From Candidatus Krumholzibacteriia bacterium (GTDB lineage: Bacteria; Krumholzibacteriota; Krumholzibacteriia; LZORAL124-64-63), in assembly GCA_046484865.1 (NCBI GenBank), contig JAWOID010000077.1, positions 1 to 14,266 on the forward strand: 14,266 nucleotides of DNA. Reading direction: 5' to 3'. Under the pieces are notes generated by a model. The model was not told the DNA's origin. It did not search any database and worked only from the letters and a program-made list of their open reading frames with translations. Shown here one piece after another: positions 7,101 to 12,605 of this stretch (its first letter is position 1; the number at the start of each line of letters is the position of its first letter). Position numbers and translations under genes: made by a program.

Positions 7101-8900
7101 CGACGTGATGACGATCCTGTCCTCAGCGGTGCCGATGGCGATCAAGGCGCCGTTGATCGTCATGCTGATGTTCGTCATCAGCTTGACGACGACTCCCGGC
7201 TCGATGGTCAGCGTGTCGCCGCTCGAGACGGTCAGGTTGCCGTTGATCACGAACGGCGAATTCTCGAGCGCCCACAACGTGCTCCCGGTCGTGGTCCCGC
7301 TGACGTAGGTCGGGCCGCTACGGAAACGAAAGTCCATCGCGTCGCCGATCGTGTCGATGCCCCAGAAGGTGTGTCCGGTGCCCACGTTGCCGTTGGCGTT
7401 GGTGTTGGGGATCGTCGTTGGCGTGAACTGGTGCTCTCCGGCGTCGGCCGAGTAGGCTGCGCCGTCGGGAGAGGCCAGGTTCAAGGGACGCTCGATCCAC
7501 GCGCCGTGATAGCTGTTGTTGGGCGGGCCGTCGTTGAAGCGGCCCGTGCCGTTGGGCATGTCCATGTCGACATGGGTGAGGATGATCCCCGATCCGGGCA
7601 CCGAGTAGTCGTAGAACCCGCTGCGCGAGCGGTTCTCGACCAGGAAGTACTCGTTCCCGGAGAAGTTCGGGTCCGACATGAATACGCTTCCTTCGGCGTT
7701 TTGATCGAGCCTCAGAGCCGTGTATGTGCTGTCGGCATTCAGCGGCACAGGCGTCACCCAGCCCGTCATTCCATTGCTGAAGTCGGCGTCGACGTCGATC
7801 TTCAACAGGCCGCACAAATGCGGTGGACGCTCGGTCTCGAAGTTGAACCCCATGTTGCACCAGCGGCCGACCGGATCGGCGTCGCCATCGTAGTCGTACA
7901 GATCCGGAGCGCCGAGCTGGTGGGTGAACTCGTGCGCGAAGGCGCTCATGGCGTCGTGCTCGGAAAGCATCATGTAGTGGTGGACGACCTTGTCGCCGAC
8001 CGGCTCGCCGCCGGGTATCGTGCCCCAGTGCGACCAGATGTCGTCGGGGCCGCCGCCGTAGGAGGCCTGGTTCTGGCCGGCGTGGACGATCATGACGTGA
8101 TCGATCACGCCGTCGCCGTTGAGGTCGTAGGGGGAGAAGTCGAAGCCCGTCGTATCGGCCATCTGGATGGCGTGGCGGGCGAGGTCGTAGATGCAGGCGT
8201 TGCAGTTGTCGACGCCACCGGGCACGTCGTACTCGTAGTCGCACGGCTGGCCGGGGCTGCAATCCTCGCTGTAGTACAGCTCGGTGCGGTCGCTGCGGTG
8301 CCAGATGCCGTTGGCGGCCACCCCCTGCAGGGTCAACTGCCCGTAGGACACCTCGTCGAAGTAGTGCGCCATCTTGCCCGAATTCGAGCCCAGGACCAGG
8401 CCGGTGACCGGATCGGCGAAGTGGGCCGCGTCTCGCGGGCCCATCGACCCCTCGCCCGTGCCGGTGTCGGAGAACTCCACCAGGATGATGACGATGTCCT
8501 GCACGCCGGTGATCGATTCGATCATCGGTGCTCGCTTCGTGGCGTGAATCGCTTGCGCCTTGATCGCCATCTCGTCGAGCAAGTGCGTCGATTGCCTGAG
8601 GTGGGGTCTCTCGCGCGGGGCATCCCGGTCCACGACGAGCGAGGAAGGGACAAGATGTCCGCCGGCGTCCAGCTCGGCGTAGACCCACAGACCGTCCGGG
8701 TCCCTCAGGATCGTGTGGCCCGCGTCGGTCTCGTACCAGTGCATCCACTCGTCACCGATCAGGCGGGCGCTGAAGGCGCTGCCGCCCGGCTGGGTGAACT
8801 GTCGGAGTTCGGGATTGGCAGGAACGGCGGAAACGGTCTGGGCGATGAGGCAGGCGACGGCGAAGACGCACGACGCCAGGACAGAGCCGCTGGAGCGCAT
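1149..8900 (-). CDS. Giant secreted M6-family (immune inhibitor A-like) zinc metalloprotease with beta-helix, FG-GAP, Ig-like and FlgD-Ig/T9SS-like C-terminal domains, 2583 aa
   Basis: RBS GAGGGGG before the ATG; signal peptide ending ...TVSA; M6-type propeptide (AVPANP..TQPGG..F..RLIGDEWMHWYET). M6 hallmarks: IVIILVEFSD, YFDEVSYGQL, DFSPYDLNGDGVIDHVMIVHAG, DIWSH, zinc motif HEFTHQLGAPDLYD (7893-7934), Met-turn GRWCNMG, NEYFLVENR. C-terminus PNPFNPMTTI...WDGRNDTG..VASGTY..RKMTLVK. Confidence 0.92.
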   Translation of the reverse strand: MRSSGSVLASCVFAVACLIAQTVSAVPANPELRQFTQPGGSAFSARLIGDEWMHWYETDAGHTILRDPDGLWVYAELDAGGHLVPSSLVVDRDAPRERPHLRQSTHLLDEMAIKAQAIHATKRAPMIESITGVQDIVIILVEFSDTGTGEGSMGPRDAAHFADPVTGLVLGSNSGKMAHYFDEVSYGQLTLQGVAANGIWHRSDRTELYYSEDCSPGQPCDYEYDVPGGVDNCNACIYDLARHAIQMADTTGFDFSPYDLNGDGVIDHVMIVHAGQNQASYGGGPDDIWSHWGTIPGGEPVGDKVVHHYMMLSEHDAMSAFAHEFTHQLGAPDLYDYDGDADPVGRWCNMGFNFETERPPHLCGLLKIDVDADFSNGMTGWVTPVPLNADSTYTALRLDQNAEGSVFMSDPNFSGNEYFLVENRSRSGFYDYSVPGSGIILTHVDMDMPNGTGRFNDGPPNNSYHGAWIERPLNLASPDGAAYSADAGEHQFTPTTIPNTNANGNVGTGHTFWGIDTIGDAMDFRFRSGPTYVSGTTTGSTLWALENSPFVINGNLTVSSGDTLTIEPGVVVKLMTNISMTINGALIAIGTAEDRIVITSYKDDDHGGDTNGDGPSSGAPGDWNWLWFLDADTGCQMQHCVVRYGGRSYLGLDVGPWRYTNPSIYLSGTGTSLSMSNCLVEFGRPRLGTSSSYGNAAICGLSGTNLQISESVIRNNGYYGIYTQGALTLLNSQVTDNGHIGAQSDASGAIVRNCRITGNSSTGLYLAASGAQVVADTLMNNGGDGLYCPNLPSAFSENISVDNAGWGFRVPSDIVHQIWTTGEMSGNGRGNAINVYAGSIPQTTIWIDEHAYYVSGNITVPNQVTWNIEPGAILKMNSNTSVTIDGTLIANGTAEDRIVITSYKDDDHGGDTNGDGPSSGAPGDWNWLWFLDADAGCQMQHCVVRYGGQSYLGYDVGPWRYTNPSIYLSGTGTSLSMSNCLVEFGRPRLSAHSNYGNAAICGLTGTNLQISESVIRNNGYYGIYTQGALTLLNSQVTDNGHIGAQSNASGAIVRNCRITGNSSTGLYLDAGGAQVVADTLLNNGGHGLQLNQLPVQFSDNRAADNNMCGFVLPTQIITQAWQSGNQVQTDDPVGVLSGNIPAGTLWIDEHPYCIFGDITIPSDIDLALESGAILKFSGGYGLTVNGRLLANGTGADPIVFTSYRDDTYGGDTNGDGSGSGVHGDWRNITFTNTNAGSSMQYCRMRFAGSAYGLGSNYREALVMSGTGASLTMTDCLVERTGGSTGSFPYAVRVNAGSDFQFINSEIRDNEGHGLWCAEPSALISGCLATGNGQFGFYMHPNLVGEIANDNTQTASGWDNSIGMMAGSITQDDEWPDTYTYVMNGTTTIASGATLILHKGTVVKFNGAHSLVVNGGLYALGDPVKKVVLTSFKDDNYGGDTNLDGVNTIPAAGDWGRIHFNGAHSGSLLGWAVISYGGSGNVPALTIDNAVFNGSFNGCIVRNNLGRAVSVGLNAELTFTHCDVYENAFGLENLNTAATVDARGVWWGHASGPGGVGEGLGNGVSDNVLFDPWLSRSIDNPWVSFNSPTTTGNYTSVVIFDLDGDPLLDLATGTASNGLEIYRRTGFESWEAVASPITSGQVLALDVGDFNGDDQDDLVVGTATGIRVFAGDGQGGLTEVAAPLSGPGVSDVKFAHVNHDMHLDIIAASVNNGGIWVFHGDGTGYWTTGQRPIMTNTYNKIAAADLNNDSYLDIVATNAEYLGIHIWYGAADGTWTQGAPLGSGQAFYGLDLGDIDKNGFYDIAAGSDITSVGISVFLNDGDGIWSPLAGPVTTGRFGDIRLADLNNDGRLDLAASNLFGGVNVWIGTSNLHWNYWYHPATTNIYKALCVADFTLNGSLDLAAASTVHGLALWDNVTPGVFQEYFSLTPDNFAFGRVAIGKCAHETFELTNVTDADTLRNVIVYTTNAAFTISEVAKEVGPFDLLPGEARTMQVAYCPTQEAVENEVVIIHCTQTVSHVRVSGEGVPFIEPIWAVDLDVANALGGPGNSGVLTFGAAIGATDSLDVQSGEVALPPLPPSSIFDARFQALGTEGSLVNIHDYYNIEDAFTMQWQPGDAGYPVTVSWNPGSLPSGTFLIGTALKDTLDMAAVSEYIVPVGMEYITELTVWTTVLSSFTHELNGSWQIVSRPIATESDSLSVLFPSARSAFGFDGNYVQAHLLAKGRGFWLDMPADTTVVHTGNQVRRIQLSLPAGWSMIGAPYNAFAVADIAQSPPGAIQSVFGYNLGYHQVSELQPGQGYWIDLSMPSTITIDLDAFKRAADKDSDPLASAAPVDAAAETVWEMPLVVRPTSGAVEAQLVLLLGAAVGATGGCDTALGEVALPPVPPSNIFDARLVSAGSNGLLRDLRDADADLLVYEVAWQGHTGRLPVTLSWQPDMLPADCAAALTDTLGGSILGRIDMKKRDTFVIDEALAALEGIRIEINLTSTQNDLPTVLALHPCVPNPFNPMTTIHYDLPVAGQVELQVFDLAGRRVRVLVSEKVEAGRHQVIWDGRNDTGARVASGTYIYRLNSQSTVLNRKMTLVK
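2828..3132 (-). other. Ig-like domain (ASH/choice-of-anchor D type)
   Basis: Pattern P..FAFGRVAIG.....FELTN...F....LLPGE....VAYCP....V.VSGEG is typical of this fold. Confidence 0.65.
3170..4160 (-). other. Seven FG-GAP/VCBS-like repeats (probable 7-bladed Ca-binding beta-propeller)
   Basis: DLDGDPLLDL, DFNGDDQDDL, HVNHDMHLDI, DLNNDSYLDI, DIDKNGFYDI, DLNNDGRLDL and DFTLNGSLDL at roughly 45-50 aa spacing. Confidence 0.85.
4160..7310 (-). other. Right-handed parallel beta-helix region of the giant protein, four units
   Basis: Four recurrences of (I/V)V(I/F/L)TS(Y/F)(K/R)DDx(H/Y)GGDTN(G/L)DG...GDW near 7070, 6165, 5265 and 4580. Stacked 'IxxNxxxGIY' coils; terminal DARGVWWG..SGP motif. Boundaries approximate. 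Confidence 0.8.
5668..7160. repeat. Intragenic near-identical direct repeat, copies ~5668-6254 and ~6574-7160, offset 906 nt (302 codons)
   Basis: Manual alignment of 5701-6240 against 6607-7146 gives 21 mismatches in 540 nt (~96%) with no indels. Confidence 0.97.
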
Positions 8901-9099
8901 GACAATCCCCCTCGGGTCATGTGCCTGAGTTCTAATCTTCCTAATCTTGCGATGGTTCAGGTGCTAAAATTTTCAGTGCGATACAGGAACCAGAGCGCGT
9001 CTCCTTCAGCAGGTGAATCGCTTGGTAGTACCCTCCCCCAGGGTTGTTTGGCGAGAATGCCATCGCTGAGCCGCGAAAACGTGTTCAGCGTTGGCGGAG

Positions 9100-9129
9100 A
9101 CTCTATCCGAACGAGTCAATGATTGTCAA
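9100..9129 (-). promoter_or_regulatory. Candidate sigma70 promoter for the giant protease operon
   Basis: Minus strand TTGACA (9129-9124), 18-nt spacer, TAGAGT (9105-9100), inside an AT-rich intergenic tract (9121-9180 is 26/60 GC). Confidence 0.5.
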
Positions 9130-9245
9130 ATATCAAAATGTCTCAGCCTTGATCTTCTTTCTTGCAGGGTGGGTTGTGCCCTGGAGATTGTTGCTGACTG
9201 CTGCGACATACCATTCTACATGAGCCGAAATCCGGCCCAACTCCC

Positions 9246-9540
9246 CTACCCCCGCCCGACCTTCCGCCGCCTCACCACGACCGTGTCGGCGATCCGGTCG
9301 TGGATGGTCTGCCGGTTCGGGTGCCAGGCCGCCTCGAAGACGCCCAGCAGCGCCGTGGCGGCGCTGGCACCGTAGCCGCCGGTGCGGGCGGGCGGTTCCG
9401 CGTCAACCCGTCCCGCGCAGCGCGTACCCACAGCCACGCCCAGCAAGGTGGCCACCGAGTCGCCGAGGCTTCCGCACAGCACCGCCGGCAGGACCAGATC
9501 TTGCCAGCGTCTCGCTGCCGCCGGCTAGCCCCGAGCAGGT
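9246..9540 (-). pseudogene. RDD-family membrane protein remnant, apparently internally deleted
   Basis: The C-terminus RTGGYGASAATALLGVFEAAWHPNRQTIHDRIADTVVVR matches the RDD-family ending (R..GY....G+....W...RQ..HD.+A.T.VV). An N-terminal-like piece ARRW.DLVLPAVL..LLGVAV follows an in-frame TAG. It is far too short for an intact gene and has no convincing start or RBS. Confidence 0.6.
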
Positions 9541-9679
9541 GACCGCTTCGGGCCGCGGCGGGCAAGGATGCACTGTTCAAGAGGCGCGCCGTACTCGCCG
9601 ATACCGTGAGCAGGAGGAATCTCGCGCGGGCCGGGCGCGAACCGGAGCCAGGACCAGGGCCAGGACCAGGAGTGAAGCG

Positions 9680-11479
9680 ATGAGAGAGATCCCCGCCGCG
9701 TTCCGCCAAGCTCTCCCCGGACTGGCGGCGCTGGTCCTGTTCACCGTGGCCGTCGCGAGCGTGGCCGCTGCCGGCCCCGCCAACGCCGGCCCCGCGGCCG
9801 CGGGTCCCGCCGCCGCGGGCAACGACGCGCCGGAGCCGAGCGCGTCTCGCCTCGAGTTCGCCACGCTGCAGGGTGCCGCTCAGGCGCCGGACGCCAATGG
9901 ACGTGCGGGCTTCGTCCCGCCCTCGCTGCCCGCGGCCCACCTCGCACCAGTCGCGACCGCGAAGGCGGCCGATCTCCCCGCTCGCTGGGACTGGCGCGAG
10001 CACGGCGCCGCGACCCCCGTGCGCGATCAGGGCGGCTGCGGAGCGTGCTACGCCTTCGGCGCCGCCGGCGAGCTGGAGGCGCAGCTGCTGCTGCAGGGCG
10101 CCGGCAGCGTCGACCTGTCCGAGAACTCCATCAAGGAGTGCAACTACCAGCAGAGCAGCTGTGGCGGCGGCCACCAGTACCTCGTCTACAACTTCCTCAC
10201 GCGAGCCGGCGTCACGGACGAAGCCTGCGACCCCTACCAGGACACGGACGTGACCTGCGCCACCGGCTGTCCCTACCTCTACACGCCGCTGAACTGGTAT
10301 GCGGTGAGCGGGTCGGTCTTGCCGGACGTCGCCGCGCTGAAGGAGATCGTCCACGCGCATGGACCGGTGCAGACCACGGTGTACACCGGCGGGGACGGCG
10401 CCCTGCCGTCATGGCGCAGGGCCTTCTCCGATTACGACGGGGTCGGCTGCCTCTATCTCGCCGACGAGGTCGTCCCCGACCATTCCGTGCTGATCGTGGG
10501 CTATGACGACGACGTGGCGCACGCCGGCGGCACCGGCGCCTGGATCGTCAAGAACAGCTGGGGCACCGCCTGGGGCGGCACCTGCGGCCACGGCAGCGAG
10601 CGCGGCTACTTCCTGATCGCCTACGGCTCGGCCGGGATCGGCAAGTGGTCGTCGCGGTCGGCGGAGGTGATCGTCCACGACCCGCACCACCGGGTCCTCG
10701 GGCACGACGAGGCCGGACTCACCCAGCACCTGGGCACCGGCTCGAGCACCACCATCTGGGGCATGGCCCGCATCGTCCCCACCGAAGCGGCCTACCTGCA
10801 ACGGGTGGAGTTCTGGACCACCGACGCCTGCAGCGGCGCCGAGGTCCACGTGTACGGCGCCTTCGCCGGCGGCAAGACGTCGGAACTGCTGAGCCGGCGC
10901 ACGGGCCTCGTTTTGCCCCACGCCGGCTACCACTCGGTGGCGCTCCCGGACGCGCTGCCGCTCGCCGCGGGCGAGCCCGTGTACGTGGTCGTGAAGTTCG
11001 CCAACCTCACCTACACGCTGCCGCTGCCCGTGGACCACGTGGGCCCCCGCACGCCGGGAACCTCCTTCGTGGGCCTGGACGGCAGCAACTGGTCCGACCT
11101 CGCCAGCTACTCCGTGGACGTCGGCATCCGCGCGCGCGTGAGCCAGGACCCGGCCCTGGGCGTGGACGACGAAACCGGCGAGGACGAGAGTTCGCTGCCC
11201 CGCAGCCTGCGTCTGGCGCCCGCCGTGCCCAACCCGTTCAACCCGCGCACGACGATCCGCTTCGAACTGCCTCTCGGCGGCCCCACGGTGGTCGGCGTGT
11301 ACGATCTGACCGGCCGCTGCGTGCACACCCTGGTGAACGAGCATCGGGCGGCCGGCCTGCACCAGACCAGCTGGAACGGTCGCGACGCGGCGGGGCGGCC
11401 GCTGCCCGCGGGCGTCTACGTCGCGCGACTGGAGACGGTGGCCGGCGTGCGCAGCACCAAGCTGATCCTGGTCAAGTGA
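9680..11479 (+). CDS. Secreted C1A (papain-family) cysteine protease with lectin-like domain and FlgD-Ig/T9SS-like C-terminal domain, 599 aa
   Basis: Start reassigned to ATG 9680 (RBS AGGAG just upstream, followed by a signal peptide). Motifs: LPARWDWR..TPVRDQGGCGACYAF (Gln, catalytic Cys), DLSE, DHSVLIVGYDD (His), WIVKNSWG..WG..GYF (Asn). Cwp84-type lectin-like region (L.RVEFWT...AGYHSVAL...L.AGE..YVVVKF). Tail PNPFNPRTTI...WNGRD..G..LPAGVY...KLILVK. Confidence 0.93.
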   Translation: MREIPAAFRQALPGLAALVLFTVAVASVAAAGPANAGPAAAGPAAAGNDAPEPSASRLEFATLQGAAQAPDANGRAGFVPPSLPAAHLAPVATAKAADLPARWDWREHGAATPVRDQGGCGACYAFGAAGELEAQLLLQGAGSVDLSENSIKECNYQQSSCGGGHQYLVYNFLTRAGVTDEACDPYQDTDVTCATGCPYLYTPLNWYAVSGSVLPDVAALKEIVHAHGPVQTTVYTGGDGALPSWRRAFSDYDGVGCLYLADEVVPDHSVLIVGYDDDVAHAGGTGAWIVKNSWGTAWGGTCGHGSERGYFLIAYGSAGIGKWSSRSAEVIVHDPHHRVLGHDEAGLTQHLGTGSSTTIWGMARIVPTEAAYLQRVEFWTTDACSGAEVHVYGAFAGGKTSELLSRRTGLVLPHAGYHSVALPDALPLAAGEPVYVVVKFANLTYTLPLPVDHVGPRTPGTSFVGLDGSNWSDLASYSVDVGIRARVSQDPALGVDDETGEDESSLPRSLRLAPAVPNPFNPRTTIRFELPLGGPTVVGVYDLTGRCVHTLVNEHRAAGLHQTSWNGRDAAGRPLPAGVYVARLETVAGVRSTKLILVK

Positions 11480-12605
11480 CCGGCGGCGACGCCGCCGGCT
11501 CGGCCGCGGCGGCGTCGCGGCGCACGTCTGCCAGGCTCACGCGATTCGCCGGCCAGGTGCCGTCCCAGGCCGGCCCGGCGCGCAATTCGGCGGCGGCGGC
11601 GAGCACGTCGCCGGCGCTCAGGGACCGCCGGCACTCGTGGCCGCAGGTGTGCTTCAGCCGGGTGTCGCACGGCTGCACGGGGCAGTTCTCGCGGTACAGA
11701 TAGCGATAGGCGGGACGCCGGGCGGAGTGCCACTCCGGATGCGTCGACTGGAAGAAGGTCAGCAGGCGCGGCGCGGTGGCCAGCGCCACGTGCATGAGAC
11801 CGCTGTCGGGCGTGATCACCAGGCCGGCGCGGGCGAACAGCGCCGCCAGATGCGGCAACGATAGCGGCGGCAGCGACAGCGGTGGCAGCGACAGCGCCCC
11901 GGCGCGCGCGCCGCGCCGCTCGGTCAGGTCGGGCTGCTGCGCGTCGGCGACCAGGAACACGCGCGACGCCGTCTCGCCCAGCCGCGCCACGATCTCGTCG
12001 AGCAGGGTTTCGTCCCAGCGTTTGGTCTCGTCGCCCGCGCCCACCGCCACGATGACGTCGCCGGCGCCCGGCAGCGGCAGCCCCGCGAGCTTCAGCCTCG
12101 CCGCCGCCGCCGTCGCGGTGGCGGGCGTCACGGGAAACTCCCAGACCCGCTCCAGCTCGGTGATCCCCAGCGGCTCGAGCAGCGGCAGGTGCCGGTCCAC
12201 CATGTGCGCGAGCGGCAGCTGTGGATCGACCACGTCCGTGAGCAGCAGCTTGCCATACCAGTAGTTGCCCAGACCGAGGCGGCGGCGGTCACCCGCGAAC
12301 CAGGCCAGCACCGGCGTCCTGGCGCCGAAGTACATGTCCACCGAGAGATCGAGGCGCAGCCGGCGCAGCTTCAGGTAGCTGCGCACCTGCTGCGCGTAGG
12401 TGGTGCCGTGCCGGTCGAAGCCGCGCACCTCGTCGAACAGCGGGTTGGCGGCCAGGGCGTCCACCAGCGGGGGGTCGCAGACGGCCACGATGAACGCGTC
12501 GGGATGGCGGCGGCGCAGGGCCCGCACCAACGGCACCCGCATCAGCGTGTCGCCCACCAGCCCGAACAGGATCACCAGGATCCGCGGCGGCTCCTCGCGC
12601 CTCAC
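11472..12605 (-). CDS. Glycosyltransferase family 9 (heptosyltransferase-like), 377 aa
   Basis: Start reassigned to GTG 12605 (GTGA overlap with the upstream stop). GT9 motifs RILVILFGLVGDTLM..PLVRALRRRHPDA.I, NP..DEV, KRW, VITPDSGLMHVALA, and a C-terminal CxxxPC...C...C cluster. Confidence 0.9.
   Translation of the reverse strand: MRREEPPRILVILFGLVGDTLMRVPLVRALRRRHPDAFIVAVCDPPLVDALAANPLFDEVRGFDRHGTTYAQQVRSYLKLRRLRLDLSVDMYFGARTPVLAWFAGDRRRLGLGNYWYGKLLLTDVVDPQLPLAHMVDRHLPLLEPLGITELERVWEFPVTPATATAAAARLKLAGLPLPGAGDVIVAVGAGDETKRWDETLLDEIVARLGETASRVFLVADAQQPDLTERRGARAGALSLPPLSLPPLSLPHLAALFARAGLVITPDSGLMHVALATAPRLLTFFQSTHPEWHSARRPAYRYLYRENCPVQPCDTRLKHTCGHECRRSLSAGDVLAAAAELRAGPAWDGTWPANRVSLADVRRDAAAAEPAASPPVT

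Noticed and set aside
5668..7160. Diversity-generating retroelement TR/VR pair
   Set aside because: Mismatches are not adenine-specific (several G/C changes), both copies are in-frame parts of one ORF, and no reverse transcriptase is in the window.
8990..9060. Glycine riboswitch (GCTGAAGGAG on the minus strand) or sigma54 promoter (TGGC...GC)
   Set aside because: The other conserved riboswitch elements are absent, and the GG-GC spacing does not fit -24/-12.
4257..9122. Long plus-strand ORFs (4257-5999, 6984-9122 and others)
   Set aside because: Antisense shadows of the giant gene, expected at high GC; no recognisable motifs.
9539..9679. N-terminal extension of the C1A ORF
   Set aside because: Arg-rich low-complexity translation; the RBS and signal peptide support ATG 9680.
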